DNA of 64,000 nt from a virus, in IMG/VR virus record IMGVR_UViG_3300044991_001301; one strand, written 5' to 3'. The position numbers and the translations under genes are program-made. The notes beneath the pieces were generated by a model. It did not search any database. It saw nothing but the letters and a program-made list of their open reading frames with translations, and had not been told where the DNA came from. Positions 1 through 14,157 of this stretch are shown piece by piece. The number at the start of each line of letters is the position of its first letter. Position 1 is the stretch's first letter.

Positions 1-3000
1 GATTGCCCAATTTTCATAAATCTCATAATTAATTCCACCCTGCGGTAGATTAACTCCCTTGAACGCACTAGCAGCGTTAAGTGTTCCTTTGTTCTTAATT
101 AAATTCTTGTATACATTAATTTGAGTAATGTCAGTTAAGTCGGCTAACGCAAGATAATCACGTGGGCGATATCCAATAAGCGAGAAACTTAATAAATCAG
201 CATCTGATTCTAAGTTAGCCTTGTCAACATTATAGTACAATGTGCTTTCATATGAGCGAGTGCTTGAGTTTGGTAGCAACCCTTTTTGAATTTGTTCGTA
301 GTCTGTCCGTTTCCAGTCATTGCTGTTGAATGTCTCGCTAGGTTGTATTACTCGTAACGCAGTCCAGTATTTATTTTTATACTGTACAATAACACCTTTG
401 GTATAAGTTAATGTTCGATTCCATTCTTGTATATTATCTTGATTGAGAATAAATCCAGCAGCATTGATCGTACCATTCCAGTCAGCAGTTTTTGTTCCAC
501 GCAGCACAATACGAAGTTGACGCAAACCTGTAGTTAAATTGTAGATGACATCATTGAACAGGGTAATGTTATCAAAAACAATGCCATGCTCAATGCTATG
601 TATATTAAATTGACCATACGCAAGGGTGTCACCGGCATTTAATGGTTTGATAACAAATTGCGTTTCGTCGCGCACAATTGCAAGATCCATTGATTGAATT
701 GGATATAAATTCTGATTCAATACAAAGTTAGTTTCACGCATTGTTAACGGTTGAACAATGTACCCGTCACGATTTATTTCCATAGTGCTAGCGGCCGGAT
801 TTATAGTCAACACACTGCCAACTTCCCATCCAGTTTGCGCCCAGTATAGCAGTTCAGCTATCATTTGATTCCAGGTAACTTCTAAACCATTTTCAATAGA
901 TGAGAATACCATACCCTGAGCTTCTTGATATGCTCCATATGCTCTTAGAAACTGTGCTAGTTCCTCTACTGTGTAGAACAGCGAACCATAGGGTACGATT
1001 ACTTCTTGAGTTGAGTAGTCGTTTGCCGTTCTTACCCGTAATGCATCCACTTCAGTAATGCTTGTATTACCGTTAGCCAATGGCTTTAATGTTTTGAAAT
1101 ATGCAGCAGTTTGTGAATTGCCATATACAGTATATCCGCTGTCAACTATTTGAATGACAACGCCTGAATACACAATCTTCTTAAAAGGTTGATTGTCATA
1201 TAACAATACCGCATAGCTTTCGTCTGGAATTAATAAGGACGCATTTCTATTATTTGCTGTGCCTTTTTCAACATAGAATTTTAATAATGTTTTGTCACTA
1301 AATCCCGCTAAGCGATATACCAATCTAACATCCAAGTTAAATAACAAGTTGGTGATATTCTGAGTAGCATCTACTCCAATTTGTTTTTCGTAATCAACGA
1401 TCCAATTGATATAACTAGTTTTAGCAGTACCTGATCCGTATATTTGAACATCACTAATAACAAGATGGCTTCTGTTGTTAACTAGATACTGGTCAAATTC
1501 AAGATTATATTTGTAGTTATCTAAATCTACACCTAAATTGAAGAATTGAGCAGGCTTAGCTAAAGCTAATATTTTCATTAGGTCGAAGGGCCAAGAGCTA
1601 CTTCTTCTGTAGCTTAATTCTGCAGGGCCTTCATCTCCCACTTTCCAATCACGTTGGAATATGTTACTATTATAACTGCCTACTATTGAATCTAGGGGTG
1701 ATACTAGATTGCCTTCAGTGTCAACCGGCAATACTTGTAACAGTTCAGGTCTAATAGCTTGTTTGATTACAATAGGTACACCGTTATTCCAATCAATTCC
1801 CTGTGCTAAATCATTCCATAAAATCAAGTTATCACTGGTATACGGTGCTGGACCATATCTGTCTTGCCACCAAGTTGGCTTCTCGGTAAACCCTAACATT
1901 TCCCAAGGTGTACTGTTAGGTGTAGTAGTATCATAATAATATTGATAAATTCCCCTCCAATAGCCTTGCTCAATAGGTTTCTTGTTTATCTTATTTCCAC
2001 TTTGATAATAATTATAAGTAAACTGGTCATTCTTGTTGTAAAGTTGTCTCTTGTAATTGATTCTATTTTGTCCAACCCAATTTAAGAATGATGCGCTATA
2101 CACCTCTAAGAATTCATTGTATGAATAGTCGGTTTCTCTGAAAAAGCCCGGCAACACTTCATATTCTTTAATAGGAATAATTGAACTTAACTTTAAGTTG
2201 TTAAACACCCGCAATTCGTATTCTAACAATACTTGATCTCTAAAGTCTATCAGTAATTCTAAAGTCGCATCATAGTTACCATACAACTTATTGTAAGAAC
2301 CATCGTGCCCTTTAATAAAATAGGTAGGCTGAGCATAATCACTGTCTAACACTACGCCCGGGGTATATGCAGGGTATAGGCCCAATTTAGTAGGTGTGTT
2401 AGGTATATAACTACCATATGTTTGATTGTATTCGTTAATGGTGATAATGTCATTAGGTAGTAAATCTAGCGTTACCGTTAGTGACGGTGAATCAGTACTG
2501 ATAACATAATCAACATTTACAATTAGTTGTTTAACAGAAGTGACACCGATTGTTGTTCGTGTGAGATATACTAAAACGCCATTGTAATTTGCTTTAGTAA
2601 AATCGTATGTGGTGCTTAATTTATAAATGCTTACATCTAAACTGTTTGCGAATGAATAAGAATTGGAAATATACGGGGCCTTAGATGGCACCATATCACT
2701 CCAGAAAAAGGGCTGCTCCTCAGTCTTAGACGCAACAATCTGATCCAGCGCATCATCCAACATTGTTGCAGGATCATACCGCTGTGAATAAGACGCATTG
2801 TTAACCGTATCAACTAATAGAGTTTTAAATTTAATATATTCTCTGCTGTTGAACATCAACGAGTTAAACAAATTATGATTTTGTTTTCTCAAGAATGTGC
2901 CAGGTAATACCAACGATGCGCTATTTTGAATAATACGGGTGCCATATGGAACTACATTACCCAAGTCACGGTAATTGTTCGAACCAAATACATTTCCAGT

Positions 3001-6000
3001 TGTGTCAGGATTGTTATAGAATATACTTTGATATTGTCCTCTAATATCACCTACGTTTGCTGTGGTAACGTCTGCATTTAGTGGATTGTTATTTAAGTTA
3101 ATTGGAATACTGTAGTAAGCGGTAGGACTAACTTGGTCACTTAATATTAATATTTGAACAGGGTTAAGTACCGCGTGATCAATGAACGTAACAGTAGTAC
3201 TGTTACTAGTGGTAGTAACAGTGTAATCTGCAGCGGTTTGTAGTACATTGTTAATGTAAACTTGAATAGTAGGCCAGACTGTTGTGGTACTATCCATTGG
3301 CGCAATATCACATATATACACTGAAGTAGGTGATGGTGTGCTATATGAGAATTCAAAAATTTGATATTGTACGCTCGGTGAGATCGCTGTCTGCCATCCC
3401 AATTGTCTTTCATACACAACGCGAGTTGGGTAATTGTACACATAACCAGTGTTGGTTTTTTGTGTGATCGGTGAAGAACCATTAACATAATTAAATGTGT
3501 CTAGGTTAAGAGATATGTCAAATGATATATCACCCACGTTGTCAATGGAGCTGTATCGGATAGGGAATCCAAGAATACCATCTACAAGTCCGGAACCCAA
3601 TCCATATGCGAATAATTTATTTCCCTTAAACGAAGTTCCGGTGTAAATTTCTGCGTCACCAAAGCTTATGCTGTTATCATCGAATACATCAAACAAGGGT
3701 GGTTGATTTACTTGAGTTTTCTGTTGTGTTTTAATCCATTCCACACCATCAAAATAGAATTCGTTACCTTGATTAAAATATCCACGTAATGCAACGGTCT
3801 GTTGATTAACTAACACTTGTCCGTCAGTAGCCTCAGTCAACGTAATTACCGGATCAGTAGTGCTGGTAACTGTCGAAAAACGACATACATAAATCTTATC
3901 TCTTACATTTTTATCTGTATCTACTGTGAACGCTACCCGAGCACCGTCAAATAACGCATAGGTGTCATTGGTGGTATCAGTTGCTATAATCGACGCAGTG
4001 GAAGTGCCGGCGAAGAAACTGCCTGAACTTGCATCCCACGATACTTCAAATATCGTTTGACTAGTAGTTACGGTGATCGCAGTTATCAGCGCGTTGGTTG
4101 GTATTAAATTAGTTGAGTCGGTAACATATTGCCCCAGAGCAAATGTTCCTGTTACGTCGGTGTTGTCTACTACAACTTCAGTGCTGCGTGGTGTCCAATA
4201 AAATCGCATTGACCCCGACGAACTTGACAAGGCAAATACATCACCGTTTTGTTCAGATGAGATAGTGAATGTAACTAAATCAATAATTTCTTTTACATAA
4301 TAATTTGCTTCAGCTACGACCCCTCCAAATACTGGTCCCAAGTCAACCGCATTAAACACTATCAGGTCATTAACTCTAAAACCAACCGTGCTATCGCAAG
4401 TAATAGTATTTGAAACTGCGGGAAGAGCCACGGTACCGATAGTATCAGTAGCTATTCTAGCGGATACATAATCAGTAGATGCGATAGTTCCGCTATACGC
4501 GGTGTACACTGTAACGTCAGGATAGTAATTTTGTTGTCCTGCTACTAAAGAGAATGCATCTATAGTTCTGGTGTCGATAAAATCAACGGGCGACTTACCT
4601 TCTGTTCCAGCGTTGAACAACCGTAAGTTAGGATAAAATTCGATAATGGGGCGTTTAGCTTTATTATCTGCGGTAGCATAAACACTTACTGAATTGGGAT
4701 TGTTATTGTACAGTGCTGCCGCGTTGATTACGTCTACGTGGAACCAACGATTACTCCTTGACCAGGCATTTTTGTCTAATGAATTTCTAGATATGGTTAT
4801 ATAATCGGGTGTTACCGGAACATACGAGTTACCTTCCCAATTTCCAATATCATACGCTAGAGTATCCCATGGTATGTATGTGCTAGATGTAAAACTTTCG
4901 GGTGATATTAAATCAGAAACCGGTACTAGTTCTATTGCGCTGCCAACACCTTCGACATAATATTGCCCTGATTTATAGCTTGCGGGAACGATGTCTCCCT
5001 GAAATACCACCTTCAATCCATTTGTAAATACAATCCCGGTTGATGATGTGAAATTCTTTCTACCCAAAATATCAGCATCAACATCCAAGGTGTTAGTAAC
5101 ATTACTCTCGATCAATCTAATGATGCCAACTTTATTAGCTGAAGTTCCATCTTGGTAATACAATATATCTAGAGGCGCAGTTATGTAGGGGATTAACACA
5201 ATGGCGCCGGCTGGATTTTTATAGAAATATCTATTCAACCATTGTGTACCATACAACGCTGTTATCTTTTCATTAGTAGGTATAGAGCTACTTGGGATCA
5301 ATCTTATAACAGGGTCCGTTGGGTCACCGACATAAGTAATTGTGTAAAAGGTCTGACTTACTGTAGTGTAATATCCCTCTTCATATAAACCTTGATTGAT
5401 ATTACCGATCATTGATCCAGATGCAGTGGTTAGTACTACGTCGCTACCGCCTAACAGAGCGGAGACAGTAAATTCTGTCAATGACGAAATTGAACTTATA
5501 TAGTATATTGTTGGTAAAAAGGCAGTCGCATTGCCGGTGCCAGATCCAGCAGCTATCGCAGTGAATATCTTACCCGCTACAATATCATACCCGTAAATAG
5601 TAGTACTAGCTACAGTTTGTGATTGATCTAGCGTGTATGTATCTGTAGCTAAATCATAACTAACAATTACTGTACCTGCGGTAACTCCAAATCCTGCTAG
5701 TGTTTGTCCTATAACTAGCGAGCCTGAGTTTACTGTAGTAACTGTTAATGCGTATCCAGCAATAGAGCCTGTAATGTCAGCACTTGCTGTTACACCTGCC
5801 GCTATCCAATCCGTTGTTCCAATAGTAGTGATAGCATATTCTTGCCCGATAGCAAACGACCCGGCAGCTATTACTGTAGGTGTGCCGGTAAAGTAAGATT
5901 GTATTCCACCGAATGTAGTTCCGGTAAAGGTGATAGTATCGTTTACTGATAGATTTGCAGTAGAATTACAAGTGATTAAATTTCCAGTTGCACTGGTATC

Positions 6001-6987
6001 GGTCACTGTGATAGTTTCTGCTGGAACTAGGTTATTATTTTCATCATAATTAGTATAGTCAAAGAAGTTGGATACAAATCCAATCTCAGATGGATATCCT
6101 GTATTGTAAAACATTACAGTTAGCCCGTCCAGAGAAGTTATCCCGTCAATGTTTCCCACTTGCGATAGTAGTTGTCCATTGATGTCGCTATACGGCAATG
6201 TGCTTACTACACCAACAACATTGTTCCCGGGAAAATTATACTGGTCGTCTTGTGCAGTTTTACTAGGTACAGCGAACGTTACAATGCCATTCATTGCTCC
6301 GTTATTTGATACACCATATACCTCACGTGTATATATATTTGGTTGAGTAGGGCTATACCCACTAACGCCCGGTTCAGTTTGTATCCAAAAAGCAGAATTT
6401 TGATTAACTTCAAACGTATATGACCCACCACGAAGCATTGTCAAGGTTGGGTTTATAGTGCCGCCGGCCGTACCCACAGGAGAGATTTGATATCCGTTTG
6501 CTAGATCAGTTACAGCATATGCGGTACTGCTGTATACAGTTTCAGTAGATACAGTAACTTGATCAGGACCTTCAGGAAGCCAATAATATTGGTTGAAGTT
6601 AATTATCTTATCTAAGTTAGTAAATGAATCCCACGAATAGAATTCACTATTGAATAGTCTGTTGTTGTTTTCAGTGAGGCCACCCTCTATTTGAAGAGCA
6701 TCCAATATACCGGGATAGCTAATAAAATCTTGAGCAACAGATTCGTTGGGTTTAGTAAAAACAACACCCGGATCTAATTGGTAATCAACCCTAGTTTTAG
6801 TAGGTTCAGTTACATAATAGTCTTTGGCATTAATGCCATATCCAAATTTACTACCGATATACCCTTCAATTTTTTTAGTATTTGGTTGCGATACCAATTG
6901 ATCGAGGGTAGCACTCAAAAATTGAGCGTTAGTGGGTGTTTGGAATATTTCCGGAAGAAATGATAATGTTCTAATTCTTGTGGCCAT
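1..6987 (-). CDS. Very large virion/baseplate wedge protein (gp7-like position), 3' end beyond window, >2329 aa
   Basis: Missing from the ORF track because no stop lies in the window. ATG at 6987 reads [31 protein letters not shown]..., and the same frame reads ...[13 protein letters not shown] at position 1; internal segments checked are open. Lies directly after the gp6-like gene and is preceded by TAAGTA. Confidence 0.8.
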   Translation of the reverse strand, partial: MATRIRTLSFLPEIFQTPTNAQFLSATLDQLVSQPNTKKIEGYIGSKFGYGINAKDYYVTEPTKTRVDYQLDPGVVFTKPNESVAQDFISYPGILDALQIEGGLTENNNRLFNSEFYSWDSFTNLDKIINFNQYYWLPEGPDQVTVSTETVYSSTAYAVTDLANGYQISPVGTAGGTINPTLTMLRGGSYTFEVNQNSAFWIQTEPGVSGYSPTQPNIYTREVYGVSNNGAMNGIVTFAVPSKTAQDDQYNFPGNNVVGVVSTLPYSDINGQLLSQVGNIDGITSLDGLTVMFYNTGYPSEIGFVSNFFDYTNYDENNNLVPAETITVTDTSATGNLITCNSTANLSVNDTITFTGTTFGGIQSYFTGTPTVIAAGSFAIGQEYAITTIGTTDWIAAGVTASADITGSIAGYALTVTTVNSGSLVIGQTLAGFGVTAGTVIVSYDLATDTYTLDQSQTVASTTIYGYDIVAGKIFTAIAAGSGTGNATAFLPTIYYISSISSLTEFTVSALLGGSDVVLTTASGSMIGNINQGLYEEGYYTTVSQTFYTITYVGDPTDPVIRLIPSSSIPTNEKITALYGTQWLNRYFYKNPAGAIVLIPYITAPLDILYYQDGTSANKVGIIRLIESNVTNTLDVDADILGRKNFTSSTGIVFTNGLKVVFQGDIVPASYKSGQYYVEGVGSAIELVPVSDLISPESFTSSTYIPWDTLAYDIGNWEGNSYVPVTPDYITISRNSLDKNAWSRSNRWFHVDVINAAALYNNNPNSVSVYATADNKAKRPIIEFYPNLRLFNAGTEGKSPVDFIDTRTIDAFSLVAGQQNYYPDVTVYTAYSGTIASTDYVSARIATDTIGTVALPAVSNTITCDSTVGFRVNDLIVFNAVDLGPVFGGVVAEANYYVKEIIDLVTFTISSEQNGDVFALSSSSGSMRFYWTPRSTEVVVDNTDVTGTFALGQYVTDSTNLIPTNALITAITVTTSQTIFEVSWDASSGSFFAGTSTASIIATDTTNDTYALFDGARVAFTVDTDKNVRDKIYVCRFSTVTSTTDPVITLTEATDGQVLVNQQTVALRGYFNQGNEFYFDGVEWIKTQQKTQVNQPPLFDVFDDNSISFGDAEIYTGTSFKGNKLFAYGLGSGLVDGILGFPIRYSSIDNVGDISFDISLNLDTFNYVNGSSPITQKTNTGYVYNYPTRVVYERQLGWQTAISPSVQYQIFEFSYSTPSPTSVYICDIAPMDSTTTVWPTIQVYINNVLQTAADYTVTTTSNSTTVTFIDHAVLNPVQILILSDQVSPTAYYSIPINLNNNPLNADVTTANVGDIRGQYQSIFYNNPDTTGNVFGSNNYRDLGNVVPYGTRIIQNSASLVLPGTFLRKQNHNLFNSLMFNSREYIKFKTLLVDTVNNASYSQRYDPATMLDDALDQIVASKTEEQPFFWSDMVPSKAPYISNSYSFANSLDVSIYKLSTTYDFTKANYNGVLVYLTRTTIGVTSVKQLIVNVDYVISTDSPSLTVTLDLLPNDIITINEYNQTYGSYIPNTPTKLGLYPAYTPGVVLDSDYAQPTYFIKGHDGSYNKLYGNYDATLELLIDFRDQVLLEYELRVFNNLKLSSIIPIKEYEVLPGFFRETDYSYNEFLEVYSASFLNWVGQNRINYKRQLYNKNDQFTYNYYQSGNKINKKPIEQGYWRGIYQYYYDTTTPNSTPWEMLGFTEKPTWWQDRYGPAPYTSDNLILWNDLAQGIDWNNGVPIVIKQAIRPELLQVLPVDTEGNLVSPLDSIVGSYNSNIFQRDWKVGDEGPAELSYRRSSSWPFDLMKILALAKPAQFFNLGVDLDNYKYNLEFDQYLVNNRSHLVISDVQIYGSGTAKTSYINWIVDYEKQIGVDATQNITNLLFNLDVRLVYRLAGFSDKTLLKFYVEKGTANNRNASLLIPDESYAVLLYDNQPFKKIVYSGVVIQIVDSGYTVYGNSQTAAYFKTLKPLANGNTSITEVDALRVRTANDYSTQEVIVPYGSLFYTVEELAQFLRAYGAYQEAQGMVFSSIENGLEVTWNQMIAELLYWAQTGWEVGSVLTINPAASTMEINRDGYIVQPLTMRETNFVLNQNLYPIQSMDLAIVRDETQFVIKPLNAGDTLAYGQFNIHSIEHGIVFDNITLFNDVIYNLTTGLRQLRIVLRGTKTADWNGTINAAGFILNQDNIQEWNRTLTYTKGVIVQYKNKYWTALRVIQPSETFNSNDWKRTDYEQIQKGLLPNSSTRSYESTLYYNVDKANLESDADLLSFSLIGYRPRDYLALADLTDITQINVYKNLIKNKGTLNAASAFKGVNLPQGGINYEIYENWAI

Positions 6988-6995
6988 AATAGTAC

Positions 6996-9900
6996 TTATC
7001 TTATTTGTAATTGTGCTGGGGTGAGGGCTGCGATAACTAACACATCATTTGCTGTGGCCGCGTTTACAAATATTTCGTACGGTGCGCATTTAATTTCATA
7101 TAAATCTCCAAAAGCCATTGTTGGGTCATTGGGAACTAATACTGCTGAATTAATTAGTTCCCCTGTTTCCGAATGCAGATATGCACTTAATTCTGAGAAG
7201 TAAAACGTATCTCCAAAATTCCAATTGTTAATTGAAAAATAATTATTCATAGCCGTAAGTACTGCGCTACGAATTTCACTGTCACTAGCGTTCGTGTTAG
7301 AGGCTTTAATTACTTTGATAGTTGATCTAAGTGCAGGTGCTGCTTTAGGACCAAATAATGGTTTAAAGACAACACTGTTTAAAATAACACTATCACTCAG
7401 CATTTTGTAATTATTTACTTCACCGTATTCTTGATTCAATTCACTAATAGTTGGCTGATTTGGTTGTGGTATTGTATCTGTAGTGTCTTGTATCCAATTT
7501 TGATATGCTGTATAATATGCTTGCGTTACTACATACAAATCTATAATATTAGTAGTTGCCGGATCTATACGAGTGGTGTTATTAGAGTTGTGCCGATATT
7601 GGAACTGCAGACCTTGTCGCCCGGGTTTAGTAGAATATTGAGGCTGCGGTACTAAGACATAATACGGCGTAGATACCGTAATATCCTGCACAGTAATATA
7701 AAATATATTTTCAGCATATGCGTAGAATATCTGTCCCAGTGGATAATCATACTTGGAAACTTCTACTTGGGTATTAGTAGGATAGGTATAAACTACATCA
7801 GTTGACGGCACTATTTGATATCTAGACAGACTTAGTGCGTCCTCTATTAGTTCAAAAAAGACATATATACCAATGTTTGTATTACCAGATACATATCCAG
7901 TGACTGTTTGAAAGAATGTAGGATTTAAAATTAAGCCGCGATTATTAATATCGGTGCTTGATATCTCTACTTCAAAATCATTGATATATCCATCTGATTC
8001 AACAGTCTGCCCAACAATGTTAGCCGAAACAGAAGTTGCTAGTGGATAATTAGAACTAGGCTGTGTATTAGTAGCTAGCACCTTAATAAAATCTTGTAAA
8101 ATCTTTCCAGAGAAGGGATCATACACCAATTTATCTCGTTCAAATGAGAATCTAGTATCTTTTACACTACCAAAATAATATGCTAATGAACGCGATGTAA
8201 TGCTATATCTATTACCACCTAAACTTAAGAAGTTGACAAAGTAATTTGCATCGTTGTATTGGTTGATACTCCAACGAAGCTGATTCACTGTTAATGCGTT
8301 ATTAAACACCAGTGAGAAGTTCTGTTGTAACTCCATTCTAGTAATACATTCCTGTATAATCTCGTTCGCTAACGTATTATCAAACGATGGTAATACCGTA
8401 ATTGTCGGTGTGCTAGATGGTACATATCCGTTTAACGTGACTGGCCCAGTACCGTTAGTAAACCCACCTAACCCGTTATTGTACCCATCACCAATAACAT
8501 TAAGAACTGTTGTCCATATCGAAGTAATATCTGACGGGCCGGCAATGCCAGCTACCAATCTATTATTGCTATCAAAATAATATCCAGGAGGTGCAGTAAA
8601 TTTGAGAAGCGCGCCGGTTGTGATGTACTTTACATTGGTTGTGGAGTACGTACCCAATCCGATCGGAGTGTTGACATTGTTTACTTTAGTGTAAAAATAT
8701 CCTGTTACCGAGCTAGCGTCTACTGAACTGGTTTGCCAATAAACTGTATTAGTTCCTGAATCGTCAACTGAATACGTAGCATAATTTTGCGTATAGTATT
8801 GTATCGCACGATTAGATGACAATGTGGAAGCTAAGGTGTCAGTCAGGAATGTGATAATGTTACCGATAGAATTAATAGTCAATGCTAGACTATCGGTGGT
8901 ATCATTTTGCCAAATTGCACCGTCAGTAGCAAACGAATTTAAACTTGAATATTTTCCCGTTGGATCAAGTAGGTCTAGATTTTTAGAAACACCAATCGAG
9001 CTACGATTAATAGCTTTGCTTTTAAGAATTGAACTGTATAGTGTATAAGGGAAGTTATTATAATCTTCTCCATTGACCATACGATTTTGCGAGTAGTATC
9101 TAGTAGGTGCCCGTTGTTTAATGCTTGCTAATGATTCTCTTGCTTGAGCGTTAGAGACTGGCAGCTGTAATTCTAGCCCAACTGTTAATTGTTCCACTCT
9201 ACCCACTCTGCTAAGATACGAGAATGTTATAGAGATGCCCTGCATTTCTGACGGGTCGATGGTGTAGGTAAGCGCATTACCAGCCCGAACATATGCCCTA
9301 AATGCTCCAACTGGGATTTCCGAGAATACCCCGTCACCAAACGTGTAACTTACTTGATCGTTAAATCTAGAAGTTACTGCAAAGATTGCTCTGTTACTAG
9401 TTTCAGTTTGCAGATAAGCATCGGCGTAGACATTCTCAACTTGTTTCCAAAGTGCGCTGGTGCCATTGTTGTCGCTAAGCTGATATAGCCATGTGTCAGT
9501 ATTGTTGATGCCCTGAATATCTATGTTGATTACCTGATTGGTAATCTGCTGCTCTAAGTTAAAATCAGAATTTTGTAGGCCACCTTGTTTAAAGTAAAAG
9601 AAAAATCCGGTATTTGGACTACCATATCCTAATTTGTCATTACGATATAGCATATTAAATCTACCCGATGGGATCGGTGGAATTTCATATATATAATCTT
9701 TATCTACACTTGTAACACTTACTAGCTCAAAATTCATATTGAGGCTGTCTACTGTTGAGGTGAATGGCACTACAGGGATATTATCCGCCGGAATACTAAG
9801 AGTATACTCACTAGTAGTCACCCCTAATAAATCAGCCTGATTGCCCGGGCGACCTACCCGCTGTGTGTTTATCAATGCAGCATTAATAATAGTATTAAAT

Positions 9901-10364
9901 TGTTCAGCCCAATTAGCGTTTGCCGGGTCATTCCATAATATTGGAAGATTGCTTAAATTAACCCCGTTCAAATCAGAGATATTCTGAGTGGTTTGAATAC
10001 TAACTACTTTCAAATATCCCTGCGCAGCTAAGTTTCGTTTAGGAGTATAGCTTACTAAGTTGGCTAGTTTAACAACGGAGTCTCTACGCTCAGCAGTGTC
10101 AATGAAATTTTCTCTGGCGTTTAAGTCGTTTCTAAATGCGAGACCTTGACCCATGAACGCCATGACATCCAGAATTGCAATAAATTCTGAACTTTCAATA
10201 AAGTCATTAAACGTTTCCGGATAATAGACACGCAGATAGTCGATGAAACTCTTACGAAGCGTTTCATAATCAAAACTACGAAAATCAGCTTCTCTGAATG
10301 TTTGGTAAATAGCTTTCCAGTCATTTACACCGAATAGGGAAGATTGTCTTGCGCTTGTCGCCAT
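6996..10364 (-). CDS. Baseplate wedge subunit (T4 gp6-like / baseplate J family)
   Basis: N-terminal motif [15 protein letters not shown]...[19 protein letters not shown]...[26 protein letters not shown] and internal [11 protein letters not shown]...[10 protein letters not shown] are typical of gp6. Confidence 0.85.
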   Translation of the reverse strand: MATSARQSSLFGVNDWKAIYQTFREADFRSFDYETLRKSFIDYLRVYYPETFNDFIESSEFIAILDVMAFMGQGLAFRNDLNARENFIDTAERRDSVVKLANLVSYTPKRNLAAQGYLKVVSIQTTQNISDLNGVNLSNLPILWNDPANANWAEQFNTIINAALINTQRVGRPGNQADLLGVTTSEYTLSIPADNIPVVPFTSTVDSLNMNFELVSVTSVDKDYIYEIPPIPSGRFNMLYRNDKLGYGSPNTGFFFYFKQGGLQNSDFNLEQQITNQVINIDIQGINNTDTWLYQLSDNNGTSALWKQVENVYADAYLQTETSNRAIFAVTSRFNDQVSYTFGDGVFSEIPVGAFRAYVRAGNALTYTIDPSEMQGISITFSYLSRVGRVEQLTVGLELQLPVSNAQARESLASIKQRAPTRYYSQNRMVNGEDYNNFPYTLYSSILKSKAINRSSIGVSKNLDLLDPTGKYSSLNSFATDGAIWQNDTTDSLALTINSIGNIITFLTDTLASTLSSNRAIQYYTQNYATYSVDDSGTNTVYWQTSSVDASSVTGYFYTKVNNVNTPIGLGTYSTTNVKYITTGALLKFTAPPGYYFDSNNRLVAGIAGPSDITSIWTTVLNVIGDGYNNGLGGFTNGTGPVTLNGYVPSSTPTITVLPSFDNTLANEIIQECITRMELQQNFSLVFNNALTVNQLRWSINQYNDANYFVNFLSLGGNRYSITSRSLAYYFGSVKDTRFSFERDKLVYDPFSGKILQDFIKVLATNTQPSSNYPLATSVSANIVGQTVESDGYINDFEVEISSTDINNRGLILNPTFFQTVTGYVSGNTNIGIYVFFELIEDALSLSRYQIVPSTDVVYTYPTNTQVEVSKYDYPLGQIFYAYAENIFYITVQDITVSTPYYVLVPQPQYSTKPGRQGLQFQYRHNSNNTTRIDPATTNIIDLYVVTQAYYTAYQNWIQDTTDTIPQPNQPTISELNQEYGEVNNYKMLSDSVILNSVVFKPLFGPKAAPALRSTIKVIKASNTNASDSEIRSAVLTAMNNYFSINNWNFGDTFYFSELSAYLHSETGELINSAVLVPNDPTMAFGDLYEIKCAPYEIFVNAATANDVLVIAALTPAQLQIR

Positions 10365-10421
10365 AGTTGTTCTCTTTTAAGTATTTATCATACCTAAAAC
10401 CGTGCTTGTAATAGGATAGGA

Positions 10422-10871
10422 TTATTGTATTACGGCTCGACTGGTATTGCTATCAAAGAACACACTCAATATCTGAGCATTATTGAATGGGGTGACCGAC
10501 ATTTCAACTTCAAGCAATATTCCGTGTTCTTGCGGGAAGGCTTTAACTGAATTTAGTTGTAGTCTAGGATCCAGACTGGCTACTCTACGAATTTCTGCTT
10601 CTATTTGAAACTGAACATCAGCGGTGTTGGGTTCGAATACAAAAGACCACAGTGAAGTACCATATCCCGGTTGTCCTACTTTTTGTCCTTGCCTAATATT
10701 CAACGCATTCATCAGGTCTTGTATAACTAGTGGATAATCAACCAATCTAAATTTCTTCCCCGTGTTGACAGGTTTTAAGATGGTACCGACACCACCATCA
10801 ACCCCTCCACCTGCGTTAGTGGTCTTTGGTTTATTTGCGCCTATTGTGCTGAATCCGATATATGATGGCAT
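10422..10871 (-). CDS. Baseplate wedge protein gp25-like (GPW_gp25)
   Basis: IQDLMNALNIRQGQKVGQPGYGTSLWSFVFEP...IRRVASLDPR motif; 149 aa; lies between the gp5-like and gp6-like genes. Confidence 0.85.
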   Translation of the reverse strand: MPSYIGFSTIGANKPKTTNAGGGVDGGVGTILKPVNTGKKFRLVDYPLVIQDLMNALNIRQGQKVGQPGYGTSLWSFVFEPNTADVQFQIEAEIRRVASLDPRLQLNSVKAFPQEHGILLEVEMSVTPFNNAQILSVFFDSNTSRAVIQ

Positions 10872-10888
10872 AAACTATTTATCACTTA

Positions 10889-13800
10889 TTATATACGGTA
10901 TGCGCGTGGTTGACTAGCTACGAATTCAGCGTACTGCTTGTCTGTTACCTCTTTGGTCAATGACGCTAGTTCTTGGCTAGCTGCCGCAATTTGAGGATCA
11001 CCCTGTGGTAACGTGTTTGATAGCTCCTGAAATCGATCTTTAGCAACGGTAGCTTTATCCTGCAATGATTGTATTTCAGCCAGTGCTGCGGCGATTGGTT
11101 CTGCTTTTGCTAAATTAGCTGCCTGAGCCGAAACTGCTGCGGCAGAAATTGTTCCAGAGAAATTGGGCTTGGGAATACCTGCCCCCAATAATGATCCAAT
11201 TTGCCCATCTATTGCGCTTCTATCTGTTGTGTTCAATCCTACTGTAGGTAATTTAATAGGGAATGCTCCACCGGATCCGAGCGCGGCGACAGCAGCATTA
11301 AGTTGAGCGGCGTCCGCACTTGGCAGTCCGCCTGTAGCAACTGATGCTAAACTTGTAGTTCCTGATTTGAGCTTATCAAATACGCCTGAAATTGCTCCGG
11401 TAGTTTTACTCAATAGATTAGAAGCAGCTCCAGTTATAGAGCCAACTGCACCCGAAATTGAATTAGGTAATGATATCCCGTTTGTAACTGCTGTGGTTGT
11501 ATTAGTAAGTAGCGCTCCTATAGCAGCCGTACCCGGGATAGCATTAGTCGCACCCTTGGCATAATTAACTACAGCAGATATTGCGTTTTGACCACCCGGT
11601 AAAGCATTTACCCCGCTAGCTAATGCAGAAGCTACCCCTGCAGGGGCCCCTGCTGCCGCGCCAGTCGCTGCTGCTACCGCACCTGTTGCTGCTGCTACCG
11701 CACCTGTTGCTGCTGATGTTAACCCACCTAATGCACCGGTTGCGGCTGATGTTAACCCACCTACTTCGCCAAGTGCTCCGCTAGCTGCACTTGCCAATCC
11801 ACCTGCTGCACCTGCTGACTCTGCCGCTTTAGCAGCCTCTGCAATTGCTGTTAGATTTTGCGGCATGCCGGCTTGTAGTGGCTTGAATGCACGTGTTATG
11901 GCTGAGAATGCTGAACCGGCCACACCCTTTGCCGCATCCATCAACCCACTAAGTCCTGCTATTTTAGTCATTGATCCCAATGCGGTGGAGATAGATCCCA
12001 AGCCACCGGTAACATTTTGTGCGATGCCGGCAGCGAGATTACCAGAGTTAACCGCATTAGATACTGCGGATACTGCACCAGCAGCGCCTGATACAGCATT
12101 CCCAACACCACCTGAAATGTTTTTTATGCTAGATAGGGTAGCGTCCACCCCCGCAGTTGCACCTGACATAATAATGCCCGCAACTGCGCCAGGGGCTTCT
12201 TTACCGGTCATCGCCCCCGCTGCGGTTAATGCCGTTTGAGACTGTTGAAGGCCAATAATTGCTGCATTAACCTGTGCGGTTGGATTTTGAATGAGTGCAG
12301 TAAGATTTTGTGCACCAGGAACACCCGTGAATAAATTAGATGTCAGTGCCGATTGCAAGTTTGATCCACCTTGAACTAGTGAGTTAGTCAGCGCGGCAGC
12401 ACCGGGTTTAAGAATCCCGGCGGCCTCTAACTGGTTTGGTACCTGGGCTAGACTACCTACCGATGCTACAGCACCTTGAACAGTTGATACTATTCCCGAA
12501 CCTGCAGCGACTGCCGCTGCAGCTGGACCAGTAGCAGCATTTCTAGCCATTGCCCCAACCATTGCTGCACTAGTATTTGTGTCAATCGCTGCGCTCACCG
12601 CACTTAGTGGTGGCATTGTTGAGGCAACTGCGACAGTTACCGGAGATGGAGTAGCTGCTCCTTGAGCATCTGCATTAGTTGCTTCAACAGCAGCACTAGG
12701 TGCAGAAGGTAAAGCATCTTTTGCGTTTACTGTGCTCTGAACATCTACTCCCTGTCCTGCATTTGCCCATGGCGCGTGAGCCGGCGCCCTAGACACAACA
12801 CTAATAAGTTTACCTGGCGCAGCAGCAAATCCCTTAGCCGAATCATACAATGTATCTGTGTGTGCAGTGACGGGGAGAGGTGGCACCACATCTGGCGTAG
12901 TTGATGTAGCTCCCGTGTTTAAATTAACTACCGAGCCATTAATGTATGTTGTACCGCTACTAGCATATGAAGCGTCGCCAGCTGACTCCATACTCATTGC
13001 ACCATCTACTTTGTGTGTATGAGTACCCATTGTATAGACTGTATTGTTAGTACCTGTCTTTTGATTAAAGTCTTTTTCTGCATTGATATTGATAGACTCT
13101 GCTTGAATGTTTAATTTTTTCATAGCGTGAATATTAATATCATTATCTGCGTGTAGATTTAAGTCACCCTGTGTTCTAATATTAACAGAGTTAGTTGAAT
13201 ACATATCAATTGTGCCTTCTTTCCCTAACTCAATGTATGACTGTCCGTTAGAATGTAGGATCATCAACGTTTGACCATTATCACTCATTAATATTTGATG
13301 ACCCAGAGAAGTGCGAATTCTTACCAATTGATCGCCGCCTATTTGATCGCCATCATCCATCACGATTGAATGACCACCCCTGCGAGAAATAACTTTTAAT
13401 CCGGCACTTTGACCGCCCTGCCCCGCAGCTTCAGCTACTGTCTCGTCTGTAAAACCACCTTGATAGATAGGTCTACCGGGTGTGCTTATTCCCCAGCCAA
13501 CTCTACTAGGGGATTCTCGTTGCGCACTAGAGCTAATTGGCCCTCTGATCGGATCTCGGATGATACCCTGTTGATTCATAATCATCGCAACATCACTATG
13601 AACAGGCTTAGACACTTTTAGAAAGTTAGGCTCATTAGTAATAGCGGCGTTATTAGTATTCATATTGGTTACTGGAAGTCTAGTAGACCCTCCATAACCA
13701 CTTGCTTCGCCGGAATTTGGCACAACATTAGTACTTGATCCGATAGCAGGAACCATGTGCAGTGCTTCTGGCTTAGGGACACATCCAATGTAAAAGCCAT

Positions 13801-14155
13801 AATTCATATCACCATTAACAAATATACAGACAACAGTAGTACCTAGATCAGGTGGGCTATTCCAAAATCCATATGAGACTGAATTTGTTTTATAGGTGCC
13901 GAAGCCTGTATTAGCTGAGGTAGATTCTACTAATCCATAAAAAGGACTCATGTATGATACGGTCATCCAACTATCGGCGTCATCTGGGTCATTGCTACTA
14001 AAGTCTGCAATGTATACCTGTATTCTGCCGGCTCGTATGGGATCTATGTTATTTTTTACTACACCCAATACAGGTACCGATCGGATATTAGCTCCGCCCG
14101 CATCGGGCTTATTTGCTTTTTTAGTGCCTACAGGTTTAAAAACGTCTTGTGCCAT
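10889..14155 (-). CDS. Baseplate central spike (gp5/VgrG-like: OB-fold plus beta-helix, Ala/Gly-rich C-terminus)
   Basis: GVVKNNIDPIRAGRIQV...PPDLGTTVVCIF OB-fold motif; GHSIVMDD...IRTSLGHQILMSD...SYIEL beta-helix region. Confidence 0.8.
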   Translation of the reverse strand: MAQDVFKPVGTKKANKPDAGGANIRSVPVLGVVKNNIDPIRAGRIQVYIADFSSNDPDDADSWMTVSYMSPFYGLVESTSANTGFGTYKTNSVSYGFWNSPPDLGTTVVCIFVNGDMNYGFYIGCVPKPEALHMVPAIGSSTNVVPNSGEASGYGGSTRLPVTNMNTNNAAITNEPNFLKVSKPVHSDVAMIMNQQGIIRDPIRGPISSSAQRESPSRVGWGISTPGRPIYQGGFTDETVAEAAGQGGQSAGLKVISRRGGHSIVMDDGDQIGGDQLVRIRTSLGHQILMSDNGQTLMILHSNGQSYIELGKEGTIDMYSTNSVNIRTQGDLNLHADNDINIHAMKKLNIQAESININAEKDFNQKTGTNNTVYTMGTHTHKVDGAMSMESAGDASYASSGTTYINGSVVNLNTGATSTTPDVVPPLPVTAHTDTLYDSAKGFAAAPGKLISVVSRAPAHAPWANAGQGVDVQSTVNAKDALPSAPSAAVEATNADAQGAATPSPVTVAVASTMPPLSAVSAAIDTNTSAAMVGAMARNAATGPAAAAVAAGSGIVSTVQGAVASVGSLAQVPNQLEAAGILKPGAAALTNSLVQGGSNLQSALTSNLFTGVPGAQNLTALIQNPTAQVNAAIIGLQQSQTALTAAGAMTGKEAPGAVAGIIMSGATAGVDATLSSIKNISGGVGNAVSGAAGAVSAVSNAVNSGNLAAGIAQNVTGGLGSISTALGSMTKIAGLSGLMDAAKGVAGSAFSAITRAFKPLQAGMPQNLTAIAEAAKAAESAGAAGGLASAASGALGEVGGLTSAATGALGGLTSAATGAVAAATGAVAAATGAAAGAPAGVASALASGVNALPGGQNAISAVVNYAKGATNAIPGTAAIGALLTNTTTAVTNGISLPNSISGAVGSITGAASNLLSKTTGAISGVFDKLKSGTTSLASVATGGLPSADAAQLNAAVAALGSGGAFPIKLPTVGLNTTDRSAIDGQIGSLLGAGIPKPNFSGTISAAAVSAQAANLAKAEPIAAALAEIQSLQDKATVAKDRFQELSNTLPQGDPQIAAASQELASLTKEVTDKQYAEFVASQPRAYRI

Positions 14156-14157
14156 AA

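Noticed and set aside
1709-6963. Short ORFs listed in the track within 1-7000
   Set aside because: They are shadow or alternative-frame ORFs inside the >2300-codon minus-strand gene, which the track missed because its stop lies outside the window.
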